DNA of 64,000 bases from Saprolegnia diclina VS20 (taxonomy: Eukaryota). Each line of letters begins with the position of its first letter. Position 1 is the stretch's first letter. The translations under genes and the position numbers were made by a program. The stretch covers positions 163,727 through 227,726 of the forward strand of contig NW_008246096.1 of assembly GCF_000281045.1 (NCBI RefSeq), written 5' to 3'. A model generated the notes under the pieces. That model saw only the letters and a program-made list of their open reading frames with translations. It did no database searches and was not told the origin of the DNA. Positions 48,940-60,395 of the stretch are shown one piece after another.

Positions 48940-49542
48940 ATGTCGATGGACGGCCTCGCACGCTTCCAAGCGCTGTTTCGGGGCCAGCGAGCGCGCAAAC
49001 TCCACGTCACGCGCGTGCAGAAGGATCTCCGTACGTAGTCGCGACGATCGCCATCGCATTTGATAGAACCATGCTGCGTAGCGTGGTCGCCGTATCTGCC
49101 ATGCAAGCCCGACGCCGCGGCCACCATGTTGGCGCTGGCCAAAGCCGGCCCGACCGACACGCTCCTCGACATTGGCAGCGGCGACGGCCGCATCGTCTTT
49201 GCCGCTGTCGCGCCGCCGTTTGGCGTTGCAAAAGCGATTGGCGTCGACATCGATGACGCGCTGATCCGGCACGCGCAAAAGGACCCGCGCTGCACGCCGG
49301 CGACGCTCTTCCTCTGGAGCGACTGGGTCGACGTCGATTTGAGCAGCGTGAGCGTCATCACGCTCTTCTTCCTGCCGCACAAGAGTATTGCGTCGCTCCT
49401 GCGCGCAAAGTGCAAGCCCGGCACGCGCGTCGTCACGTACGTCTTTCCGATCGCCGACTGGACGCCAGTGGCCACGGCGACCACGGTCGCGTTCCTCTCG
49501 GCGACGGGCACGTCGCCCGTGTACCTGTACCTAGTGCCCTAA
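48940..49542 (+). CDS. Class I SAM-dependent methyltransferase (FAM173/DOT1-like small lysine MTase) with an N-terminal IQ-like motif; one intron
   Basis: MSMDGLARFQALFRGQRARK (IQ-like), then SPYLP, LLDIGSGDGRIV, AIGVDID, SVITLF and KPGTRVVTYVFPIADW. Confidence 0.8.
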
Positions 49543-49768
49543 GCTCCGAGAAAAAAACCTCTAGGGTCCATCAAGAATAGTGTACGTATCCTTGGGCCAT
49601 AAGAGCTGAGTAATAAGCTCATAGTCATGGCATATATGCACGGGAGTGTTTGATGCCTCGCGAGTTCAATTCCTCGAGTCGACCGAGGGTTAGGTATCGT
49701 ATGGAGCACAACACGACGCATGATATTGAAGAGATATAAAGCAAAAGGACATCGAGAGACGACGAGGA

Positions 49769-52700
49769 CTAGACGTGCTGCGTCTGGGCCGCGCGGATCG
49801 CCTGCTTCTTCTTCTTGGCGTTGAGGCGGTCGCGCATCGTCCCGCGGATGCACATCTTTTCGACGCAAATGCGCGCTTCGATGAGCAAAAAGTAGGTCGA
49901 GCCAAAGAGCCGAAAGAGGTTGAAGCCCGCGACGATGTAGAAGAGAAACTTGAGGTAGTTGGCGCCCTCTTGCCCGTTCACCGAGTCGAACGAGATGATC
50001 AAATACGCAAAGCCCATCTGCGAGAGGAGCCAGAAAATAAGCAGCTTGGACCGAAAGTACTGAAAGTCGCCTTCCATCTTGTCCTTGATCTCGCCTTCCT
50101 TCTTCTTGCGCGCTTCCTCGGCCTTCTTGGCCTCGGCCGCGTCCTTGTAGTTGCCACCGCCGCCCTACACCCTAATTAGAGAGCACGAGACATGGTTGCT
50201 GTCGTACCGCCTTGGGGCCGTGGCCATCCGAGCTCTCGAGCCCTTTCGTGCCCCAGCTCAAGTCGTGCAAGTTGCAGAACGAGTACGTGTTGAGGATGTT
50301 GACGAACGTCGGGAGGAGACACATGTACTGGATGAACGACATGGCAATGTGGTGCATCTCGCAGTGCAAGCAGGACGCGAGGAAGAAGACGCCGACGGAC
50401 GCCACAAACGCTGCAATGTCCTTGATCTCAAAGCTTGTCACCATCGTAGCAAACGGCATGCTATCGCCCATATGTAAATTCGGCCGTCGACTTATAGTGA
50501 TTGAACGAACCCAGAGCGAAGACTGTCGATCCACGGCTTCATGATAAAGCCAAACGCAATCACAGACGTGAGCAGCATCACAAGCGCGTAAAAGACTGCC
50601 GTCAAGCGGTACACGCCCCTAATCGTACAGACAAAGGACCATGAGACATGTGCACATCGCCAATGGCCGTGTACTTGATGTGCTTGGGCTTGTTGCCGAG
50701 GCCCGCGACGAGCTGGATCAAAAACGACGTGCCGTACAAGAGCGAAAACACTTGGACAATAATGTCCTTGGTCTTGTCGGGAATGCCCGACGTAGGAATG
50801 TACCCCCAGTTGTTGGACTTGAAGCCGACAATCACAAGAAAGTACGTGACGAGGAAAAAGTTGGCCGGAAGGACCCACGAGAGCGCGACGTTGGCCGTCA
50901 TGTAGGCGTACTGGATGCACAGAAAGAGCTTGCGGATGTACGAGTGGTTCGACTCGGTGTAGACGCGGCCCCAGTTCAAAATCGTGTAGACGAGCGCGAA
51001 GAACGACCCGTTGAGCCAGCGCCGGCGCTGGCCAATGAGCGCGACCAGATCCGTCGGTACGTCCGTGCGCGCGATCGCGTCCTTGACGTACTGCATCGTC
51101 CAGCGGCAGTTGCGGCGCGCGAGGAGCTCAAAGCACAAGATGCGATCTTCGGCGAGGTACATGTTGCCCTGGAACGGCCCGAGCTCGTTCATCGGGGTTG
51201 TCAAGCTCTTGAAGTACGCTTCGAGCGGCGCGCCTCGAATCGCCTTGTAGCGGTACGCCGAGAACGCACCGGGCAGCACCGAGATGAAGCCAAACACCGA
51301 CTCGAGCGACTTGTCCATGACGTTGGAGATCTTGTACTCGAAATGCTGCGCGGCAATGACCCAGTTGCAGAGGTGTGGAATCGGCTTGTCGACTGCAATC
51401 TCGCCGCACGTGCCGCCAATCTGCGGGTCGATCTCCATTGCGCAGAGGAGGAGGTAAAAGGCCTTCGCCGTCGGCATCGTACCGACATCCAAGAGCACGG
51501 TATACTCGGGCTGGATCTGCTCCGCGAACGCGTTGAAGTACCACTCGTGCGAGTTGAGCTTCCCGCCGTTGTGCTCCTTGAGCGCAAACACAACCTGCGT
51601 CGGCGGATACCGCTCCGAGCTGCTCGCAGACGCTTCGATCGTCTTGGCCTTCTTGAGCTGGACGCAAAACTCAAACACGTGGCACATAACGTCGACGCCG
51701 ACCATCATGATGTTCATGACGTCTTCGTCGAACGCGCCCACGTCCCGAAGGAAGGCTAGTGTCCCTTTGTTGGCTTTGGTCCGGCCGTCCGAGACGATGA
51801 CGACGAGAATGTTCTTCCATGCGTCGTCGCCTTCGTAGCCCGGCAGCTTTTGCGACTTGATGTGCGCAATGTTGTTGGCGACCTTCTTGAGCGTCGAGTA
51901 CATTTCGACTTGGTCTTCGTTGTACATGGTGATGACGACCATGAGCTGCGGCGTCCGGCCTTCCTCAATGCACTGCAGCCGGTACCCGTCTTTGGTAAAC
52001 TCGGACACGACCTTGTTGGCCGCCGGCGTGTAGTACATGGTGCGAAGCTCCGATGTCGAGCCCGCGTCGATGCGCCCAGCGCATGCGCCGAGGCGGTTGA
52101 CGACGTTGACGCCGAGCTTGCCGACAAAGCGCCGCGGCACGGACCCGCGCATGCCCTGTTGGTACTAGAGAGGAGGGCGTCGATGAGGTGACGCCATGCT
52201 GTCATGACATGGAGGTACCCAATCGTGGAGCTTCTTGGACCACTCGAGGACCTGGATCGCTTTGGTGTTGAGGAGCGACCGAATGTGCGGGTCGGCTTCG
52301 CGCTCCGAGACGAGCGCAAGCATCTCGCCACCCGCTAAAAAGTCATTGACGGCGCTTTGGTACCTACGAAACGACGCCACCGATCAGATCTACGATGTCG
52401 AGATGGGCGCGTACCGAGCTTCGGTTTCGGCCGTGACGCCCGACGCGATGATACGAAAGGCTTCGGGTGTCGACGCGGGCACAGCCTGGCCCACGTTGCT
52501 GTCCCGCATCACCTGCATCTGCTGGTTCCACTGGTTCTGCGACGCTGCGGCGTTGAGCATGCGCACAGGCGCGGGCGCAAACTGCGGCTGCATCATTCCG
52601 CCGGGCGGTGGCATCATGCCGCCTCCTTGGGGCCTACGTCAGGATGTAAGGCATACGTCAGACAGGCGAGCGTGTGTACCCGGGATACTGAATGCGCTGG

Positions 52701-52990
52701 GACGGCGGCGTGTTCTCCTGGAGGTACGAGCCATGTTCGTATGCGGCTGAGTCTTGCCAGACAGGCACGCCGAGGACGCCGTTGGCGCCGTGCTGCATAT
52801 ACATGTCGTCGTCGCTGTCACGATCGAACGACCCTTGCTGCTGCACCTGGCGCGGCGGCGGCGCGCGCAGGTTGCGGCCCGAGCCTTGCTGCATCGGCAT
52901 CTGCGGCGGCGGGCCCATGTTGGCCGGGTTCATGTTGGGCCGCGGCCCGCTGCCTCCGCGGGCGGGCGGCGCATAGTTGCGGCGCGACAT
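49769..52990 (-). CDS. CHS: Oomycete chitin synthase (GT2) with an N-terminal MIT domain (multi-exon)
   Basis: ITMYNED, IVSDGR, KEHNGGKLNSH, LLDVGT, GGTCGEI, QHFEYKIS, VLPGAFSAYR, LAEDRIL, QRRRWLNG and NLHDLSWGTKG. MIT-like helices AFRIIASGVTAE..YQSAVNDFLAGGEML. Pro/Gln/Met-rich N-terminus. Confidence 0.97.
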
Positions 52991-53944
52991 TGAAAAGGCG
53001 GAAATGAGTTTCACTGTCTCTGTTGTTCGCCCAGCCTTTTGTACGGTACAATTCAAAAAATTCCTGATGACCATCCGGATACGCGCACCACGTGGCCCGT
53101 ATAGCAGACGCCTGCAAGAGGCAAGCGGAACGAGCACTACCTCATATCCTATTTGCACGGACGAGAGGAGCCAGCGCTGTGGTGAATTTCTGCGCGCGCT
53201 TCTCCGAAGCACATTCCACCAGCAACTTTGCCCACCATGACATTCCACCCTCCGCATCTGATACGAAAGTGGCGAAGGTCCTGTCCACCAGAAAAGTGCA
53301 TCTAGCGCTGCAAGTAGCTTGCACCGAGTTGCCTTGAAAAGTACGCTGGTCGTCGGTCGTCGCCTCGTTGTTGCTAGCATCGTATAGACAGAAGCGACCG
53401 GCGAAGCGAGCTTGAACCGGCCATCCGAACATGGGTTGGCATCAAATGGTGACGCCGCATCCAGCGTACCTCGGTACCTTGTTGCTGTACAATTGAGATG
53501 GAGATCTGAAGATGATGGGACTGGGAACCAGGTTAAGTTCGTCGTGGGATCAACCATAGTATTGCTGCTGCAATTTTGACTCCATGGAGCACCATGGCGC
53601 TGCGTCGGCCTTGTGCACAAAAGCTGGTGCGGCAGAAAGTGCGATCGTGACAAGACCTCTGCTCTGCACCCTTGGCCGCCAAGCCTGTTGGCTCAGTCCT
53701 CCGCCGCCTGCTATTTGTCCCACATACTGATTAAGGCAATTGCGCGATCTTTGTTCAATTTCCCGTAAATTGCAAGGAAGAATACGGTGTGTCACATCCG
53801 GATACGCCGACCGTGACCAACGTGGTGGCTACTGGATTGTTTTCGGTTCAAAACGCCATATAAATTACAAGGTTGCTGTGCGTAATTTAATTAAGCGCGC
53901 TGCGTGCAATCGCCAGCGAGCGATATACATTGCGCTCGACCAGC

Positions 53945-55003
53945 ATGGCGTCGTCGACTGCGTGGCTCGAGTCGGCCGACTACGTCCGCAGGCTCTACGA
54001 CCTCTACGAGGCAGACGTTGTTGATACGCAGATCAGCGATCTGCCCGCATCGCCGCCCACCGCCGTGACCACGCGCCTCGCTGCGATACCGCTCGCCTGG
54101 TCGTCGCTGCCATCGCTTGCCAAGCGCGCGCTGCTCTGGGATGCCGGGTACGTTCGCAGTACTGCAGGCGCGACGGCCTACGTCCAAGTGCAAACGCGGT
54201 GCGCGAACACGACCGGGCGTAGCATGGCGTCGATCGCTGTGCGCCGGCCCCAGTTTGGTGGCGCCACCGTCGTCTGCGCATCGAGCGCGAGGAATGCAAC
54301 GACGACGACCTACTTTCGCCAGGCGTCGTCGGGCGTCGTCGACTTGGAGTGGACATGCGCGACGCAGGCGCCACTCGCGAACGGTGCCTCGATCGCGTGG
54401 GCCCAAGACGACCTCGGGCCGCTCACGGTGCCGACGCCGCAAGTATTTATGGTCCACACCGACACGCAGACGCTGTTTGCGATTCACACGTCGCCGTGGC
54501 CGAGCGCCTCGTACGGCATGTGTCCCGCGCCCAATCGACCGAGCGGCCTCGTCGTGCCGTGCGTGGGCCTCGATGCTACGACCGCAAAAACCGGGCTCTG
54601 GTGCAACCCCGCGCCGTCGTCGCTCATGGACGCGTGGCTCGCCAACCTGCACGACCCAACAGTGCCGGTGGTGCTTCCGACGACGCTCGCACCCGCCACC
54701 ATGCGTCCGACCGACACGATCGTCGCGCCGCCGATGCCAGTGTCCCAGCCCAATGCGACCGGCGCCGTTGGCACAGCGGTCATCGTGCTCGGTGCTGCCT
54801 TTGGCGTCACGGCCGTCGTCGTCGGTGTCTGCTTCATCGCCTGGTTCCAACGCAAGCTCCAAGAAATGATCGATGCAACGGAGAGCAACCTCCGCGTCGC
54901 GCCCGCCCCTCTCGACAACCTCGAAGCCGACGATCGGCACTCGAGCAGTGGGCTCTACGGGCCACTGGTGACGCCCAAAGACGCCGACCGACTCCGGCAC
55001 TAG
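53945..55003 (+). CDS. Single-pass membrane protein resembling the ectodomain of oomycete TKL receptor kinases, without a kinase domain
   Basis: Single exon: LAWSSLPSLAKRALLWDAGY, a Cys-spaced ectodomain (CP...GLVVPC...WCNP...MDAWL), Pro/Thr stalk, TM helix AVIVLGAAFGVTAVVVGVCFIAWF and a ~50 aa tail. Confidence 0.7.
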   Translation: MASSTAWLESADYVRRLYDLYEADVVDTQISDLPASPPTAVTTRLAAIPLAWSSLPSLAKRALLWDAGYVRSTAGATAYVQVQTRCANTTGRSMASIAVRRPQFGGATVVCASSARNATTTTYFRQASSGVVDLEWTCATQAPLANGASIAWAQDDLGPLTVPTPQVFMVHTDTQTLFAIHTSPWPSASYGMCPAPNRPSGLVVPCVGLDATTAKTGLWCNPAPSSLMDAWLANLHDPTVPVVLPTTLAPATMRPTDTIVAPPMPVSQPNATGAVGTAVIVLGAAFGVTAVVVGVCFIAWFQRKLQEMIDATESNLRVAPAPLDNLEADDRHSSSGLYGPLVTPKDADRLRH

Positions 55004-55023
55004 TCGATACAATCCAAAGATTA

Positions 55024-58000
55024 TTAGTTGCTGCTGCTGCTGCTGTTGTTCGAGTGGCGAGGCGAGTTGTGGCGGGGACGGCGCGCGGACGGGTTGGCGT
55101 GCGTGCTGCGCGGGCTGTTGGGCGTGAAACCCGACGCCGCCCGCTGCTTGCGGCGCTCGTCTTCGCGCTCCTTGGTGAACTGCATAGCTTCCGCGTCGCC
55201 GAGGGTCGCGCCCGTCACGGGGTGCAACAGCGCCTACACCATGCGTTCATCAGCAACGCCGTCATCGCGCAATCAGCTACCTTGATCGAGAGCTTGGCCG
55301 AATCCTTCTCGGCGAATATGCACCACGCATCAAGGGTCTGGCCCGTCATGAGCACGTCCGAGACCTTGCGCACGGGCGAGTGTGCCATCTCCGAGATGTG
55401 GATAAAGCCTTGCTTGGCCTTGCCGTTGGCCGAGTCTTTGCCGTACGCAAACTTGGGCACGACGACGCAGCCAAAGTCCATGATGGTCTGCACCACGACC
55501 TCGACGCTACATGCCACGTATAAGTCAACCGACAATGGCTAGCGGGTGTTGTACCGCTGGCCGCGACGGAACATGAACGTCGACTCGGCAATCATGGCCT
55601 TGGCGAGCTCAATGTTGTCGTCGCCCTTGCCAAAGATCTCGACGAGCCCGTCCGAGTCCTTGCACGAAATTGTGCAGCTAGTCGCCGCTTCGATCTCGCG
55701 AATGTTGCTGCCGCCCGTGCCAATGAGCGCGCCGCGCATCGCCGGATCAATGTGCACGATCGTCGACGACGCCACCTGTATATATGTGGTTCATATTGTC
55801 AGCTGTAGGCAAGACAAGGCGTACCTTGACCGGTTTGATGGGCCGCGCCTCGGCAAGCACGTTGTTCATTTGCGACAGGATGTCCATGCGGGCAACCTTG
55901 GCCTTGGAAATGCCTTCGCACAGAATGTCAAGGGGCACGCCGGGCAGCTTGACGTCGAGCTGGATGGCCGTAATGCCGTCTTTGGAGCCCGCAATCTTGA
56001 AGTCCATGTCACCATAGTGGTCTTCGCTGCCGAGGATGTCCGTCAGTAGCGTGTATTCTACGCCATGCATGACGCTTCGCTGACGCATTCGACGAGCATT
56101 ATACCGTCGATCGGCGCCTGGCCGTCATAGAGGTCTCCCGGCGTGACAAGACTAGAGGACACCAATGACGTCACTTGTGTCATCCTAGCGAATGGCAGTC
56201 AACGTACCCGACAGAGATGCCAGCCACGGGCGACTTGATCGGAACGCCGGCATCGAGGAGCGCCATCGAGACGCCGCAGACGCTCGCCATTGACGACGAG
56301 CCGTCCGAGCCCATCGTCTCGGACGTCATGCGGATCGTAAACGGAAAGTCCAGCACCGACGGCAAGAGCGGCACAACCGCCTTCTCCGCCAAAGCACCGT
56401 GGCTACGCACCCACGTGATTGGTCATTGCACGGTCTGTCATGCCACGTACCCAAGCATGCGGCGGTTGATGCCGCCGATCTTGCCGGTTTCGTTGACGCA
56501 GTACGGCGGGAACTCGTAGTGCAGCATCGCGTTCTTGAGCTCATAGTCGTCGTTGTCGCGAATCGCCGACCGCACCTTGAGCTACAACCCGTGGTCATGC
56601 TACCAGTCGCGGTCTCAAGGAAACGTACGCCTTGGTCGACGTGGCCCAGCGTCACGGTGCACAGCGCCTGCGTGTCACCACGCGAGAAGACCGACGACCC
56701 GTGCACGAGCGGGAGGAGGCCCGTCTCCATGCTGAGCGGCCGCACTTGTTCGGCGTTCCGGCCGTCGACGCGTTTGCCCTGGAGCAGGTTGGCGCGCAGC
56801 GCACCTTGCACGAGGTCGTGCGACACCATCGTGAAGAGCGGCTTGTTGGCAAGGAGGAGCTCGGCGTGCGTCTTGTAGAGCTGTTGCTTGACAAAGTAGT
56901 AGCAGTCGTTCTCGAGCACTTGGCGCTGCGACTTGGTCGTCGGTGCTTGCAGGCTCGACAAGCGCGTCTGCAGCTCGGGCAGGAGCGCTACAGGTGACAG
57001 ATCGTATTGAGTTGACTGCTTGAATAGAGAATGAAGAAGGACCTTGCGCCACCGCGGCGAGATCGTCCGGCACAACCAACGGCGTGAACGTGCGCTTGGC
57101 CTTGGCAGGCAGCGCCTGCTGCTCGGCGATGATGGGTTGCACGTGCTCGTGGGCGAAGCGGAGCGCGTCTTGCATCGCGGCCTCTGAGATCTCGAGGCCC
57201 TCGGCTTCAATCATGACGGTGCGCGTCGACGTCGCCGCATACAGCACGTCGAGCGTCGCACGCGCCTTCTCGTCGGCCGTCGGGTTGCACACGAGGCGGC
57301 CATCGACGTTGCAGACGCGGACGCAGCCGATGGGACCGTTCCACGGAATGTTGGACGTGGTGAGCGCCGCCGACGCACTGCCATCTCAATGAGTTGCGCA
57401 TCGTTGGGAGAGATGCGTCATACCTGTTGACAGCAAGCACGACCGGGTCGTGGTCAATGTCGTACGACTGGACAGTCGCAATGATTTGCGTCTCGTTGCA
57501 GTAGCCCTTGGGGAAGAGCGGGCGCACGATGCGATCGACGATGCGGCTCTTGAGGATCTCGGCGTCGGTGCCCATCATCTCGCGGCGCTTGACGCCACCG
57601 GGGATCGTACCTAGAGAGAAGGAGGAGAGAGGTGAGCACCGGTCCGTGGCGGCATGTTGCACCTGTCGCCGAGTACTTTTCGCGGTAGTCGACCATGAGC
57701 GGGAGAAAGTCCTTCTCGTGGTTGGCCGACATTTCGCTCACGACCGTCGTCAAAAGCATCGAGTCGCCCCAGCGGGCCATGACGCTGCCATCGGCAAGGG
57801 TTGCATACTTGCCGACCGCGTACTGCACCGGCAATTGCGGGCGGGGCACGTAGACAGGCTCGGCGACAACATCGATCTTGGGCGCCTTGGGCGCCTTGGC
57901 CTTGGGCTCCTTGGGCGCTTCCAGCTGCTTCTTCTTCGGCTCGTCGTTGCCAACGAGCGACTTGAAGAAGTCGCCGAGGCCAAAGAACGTGCGCTGGTGC

Positions 58001-58089
58001 TGTTCAAAGACCTTGCTGCGGCCAGCCAGCGCGCGCGGCTGGAGCTGCTTGGCGAGCGCAAGAGAGCGCCGACTCGAGACAGAGAGCAT
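55024..58089 (-). CDS. PNPT1: Mitochondrial polyribonucleotide nucleotidyltransferase (PNPase), multi-exon
   Basis: Presequence [100 protein letters not shown] domain [13 protein letters not shown]1 domain [16 protein letters not shown]. Confidence 0.96.
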
Positions 58090-58583
58090 GCTTCTTCTGT
58101 CGACCTACAGCCTCGATGAGGTCCATGCGCCATGCGCTCGGACGTACCAAACGCTGATGTAGTGTGGTTGGTTTCCTGCGAGCTATCGCCACGCTGCGTT
58201 TCCATTGGCTGAAACACGCATCCCACTTCGAACTTCGCACGATAGTGCCTTCCATTGGTCGTTTTGTCTCCGCTGCGTATTTCGAAGGTCATTTGGCTAA
58301 AACGACGCAACACGAGCCAAGTCGACGGTGGCATTCGCATGCAAGCGCCGACGAGGAGGACATGCTGAGCAAGAGGTGCACGTCAGAGTTGGATCCGCGC
58401 ATCCCACGCCCAGGAGACGTCTACAAGTCTACAGCGTCACGCGTAATGCAGACAATCAAGTCATTCATGTAGACACAGGACAAAATTATTGTATTGACAG
58501 TATGGACAGGACTCCAGGACACAGAAATGAGTTGTCGGCTCGTACGCTCGACCCCGATAAGTTGAAACTACGACAGCGACCGA

Positions 58584-60056
58584 CTAGATCGGGTAGCTGC
58601 CTTGGTTGACCTTCATGGCCTTGGCGGGGCGATTCGCGTTGGCATTATTGTTCTCGTCGTCCGACTTGTCGTCGCGCTCGTCGTGGTCGCCGTCGTCGTG
58701 CATGGCCGTCGCCTTGCGCTTCTGGCGCGCGAGCACGCGCGACGAGCCGACTTCAAAGGACGACGACATGCCCGAGCCAATGCAGACGTAGCAGCGGCGG
58801 TCGCCCGTGAGGACGGGCACAAAGGCCTCAAACTGCACGTAGTAGCGCACGTTGCGGCGCTTGCACTTGCCATGGACCATGTCGTCCGTGTACTTCCACA
58901 CCTTGGGCTTGAACTCGTAGCACGCAAGGTTGGTGTTTTGGTTGATAAAGTCGGGAAGACGCTCGCCCGGAATCCACTGCTCCTTGATGACGTCCATGAC
59001 GTCGGGCTCGACGACGCGGCCAATCATGCACTCGCGCAGGACCGCTTCCTCGAACGGTACGGGAATGTTCTCGAGCGAGTGCACGCGGCCCAAGAGCAAA
59101 ATGTCGTCGAACGTCGCGTTGCTGTTGAGCGAGACCTCGGCGATGAGGCTGCCGCGGCACTTGCCCCACATAAAGTCGTGCTGCTTGAGGTCCTCGATCT
59201 TGATTTGCGAGTAGTCGCCAAACACCTTGCACGCCGGGAAGCACTGCAGATTGCGACGGCCGTTGCGCCAGTACTTGTTCTTGAGCGACGTCTTGACCTT
59301 GATGACTGCCTCCTGGTTCTGCGACTGCGCGCCCGACGGCGCGGCGCTCGAGCCCATGTGGCTCATGAGGCTCGAGGACGGCATGGGTTGCGGCGGTGCG
59401 TGGCGCGACGTCTCCATGTACTCTTGATGGTACGACGGCGGCGGCACCTCCTTCTTGGCCGACGGATGGTGGTCCATCATGGCCGAGAACGACGAGGGAT
59501 GGCCATTGCTGTGCATGCCACTGTAGCTCGGTGCGGCCGACTGGTACATTGGGTGCATGTTGCTGCCGCCGTGCGGGCCCGCCATCATGTGCATGTCGTT
59601 GCCGTAGTGCGACGACTGGCGCGGTTCGTGGTCCGGGTGCTGCGAATGCGCATGGGGTGCGTAGCCATAGCTCGACGGCGCCTCCTTCGGGTGGCCACGG
59701 TCCATGTTGAGGCTGTGCTGCATGCCATGCGAGTCGCGGCGGTCGGCGTAGTGGTGCGACGGCATGTGGTGGGACGGCGCGTCGCCATATTGCGAGGGGC
59801 CATCGTTGGCGTAGGGCTGCATGCCCGAGAGGAGGCTGCCGTAGCGCGCCGGATGCTTCTCGTACGGCTTGCGGCCATACCGGTCATCGAACGACTGCAT
59901 GTTGTCCATCTCGGGCGGCGGCGGCATCTCATAGTTAAACGGGAGCGGGTCCGGTACAAAGTCGTCGCCGTTGTGCTTGGGCGCCCGCGGGGCCGAGCCG
60001 GCAGGTGCTTGTCCGTATTGGCGGTACAGGTTGTCCAGCGCGAGGCCCGTCGTCAT
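58584..60056 (-). CDS. Hypothetical nuclear protein: His/Pro/Met low-complexity N-terminus plus a globular Cys-containing domain and basic NLS (putative transcription factor)
   Basis: Long intronless ORF with coding-like GC3. Globular domain KNKYWRNGRRNLQCFPAC...KCRG...YEFKPKVWKY...SSSFEVGSSRVLARQKRK. The start could lie further upstream. Confidence 0.75.
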   Translation of the reverse strand: MTTGLALDNLYRQYGQAPAGSAPRAPKHNGDDFVPDPLPFNYEMPPPPEMDNMQSFDDRYGRKPYEKHPARYGSLLSGMQPYANDGPSQYGDAPSHHMPSHHYADRRDSHGMQHSLNMDRGHPKEAPSSYGYAPHAHSQHPDHEPRQSSHYGNDMHMMAGPHGGSNMHPMYQSAAPSYSGMHSNGHPSSFSAMMDHHPSAKKEVPPPSYHQEYMETSRHAPPQPMPSSSLMSHMGSSAAPSGAQSQNQEAVIKVKTSLKNKYWRNGRRNLQCFPACKVFGDYSQIKIEDLKQHDFMWGKCRGSLIAEVSLNSNATFDDILLLGRVHSLENIPVPFEEAVLRECMIGRVVEPDVMDVIKEQWIPGERLPDFINQNTNLACYEFKPKVWKYTDDMVHGKCKRRNVRYYVQFEAFVPVLTGDRRCYVCIGSGMSSSFEVGSSRVLARQKRKATAMHDDGDHDERDDKSDDENNNANANRPAKAMKVNQGSYPI

Positions 60057-60326
60057 GGGGACAGAGGTGGACGTGGGATGTGCGCCGATGTCCAACTCCG
60101 TTGGACTCGAATTGGGAAATGAGGTGGTCGTCTTCTCGCAGCTTTAAATGGTGGATACAGCGTTGTATACTGGCGCAGAGTGGTATTTTTTATCCCACTG
60201 CCTTCGTTTTTATTATTTTCGTTGGATTTTAGTGCACTGACGTCACTAGTGCACCTGAGTCGATTCAACAAATTAAAAAAATAGCGCTTCCCGCTTGAGC
60301 CAGAGTTGGATCAGATGCAGTGCTTA

Positions 60327-60395
60327 GCCAATCAGATGCCTCCCAGCTGCTTGCGATTGGCTGGTGTCACGAGCCAACGCGCGTTCTCATTGGCT
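60327..60395. promoter_or_regulatory. Cluster of CCAAT boxes upstream of the 58584-60056 gene
   Basis: GCCAATCAG (~60327), GATTGGCTG (~60355) and CATTGGCTG (~60388), spaced about 30 bp apart. Confidence 0.55.

Noticed and set aside
49769..52990. Chitin synthase with a MIT domain in a cellulose-walled organism, as a novelty
   Set aside because: MIT-domain chitin synthases are already described in Saprolegnia and other oomycetes.
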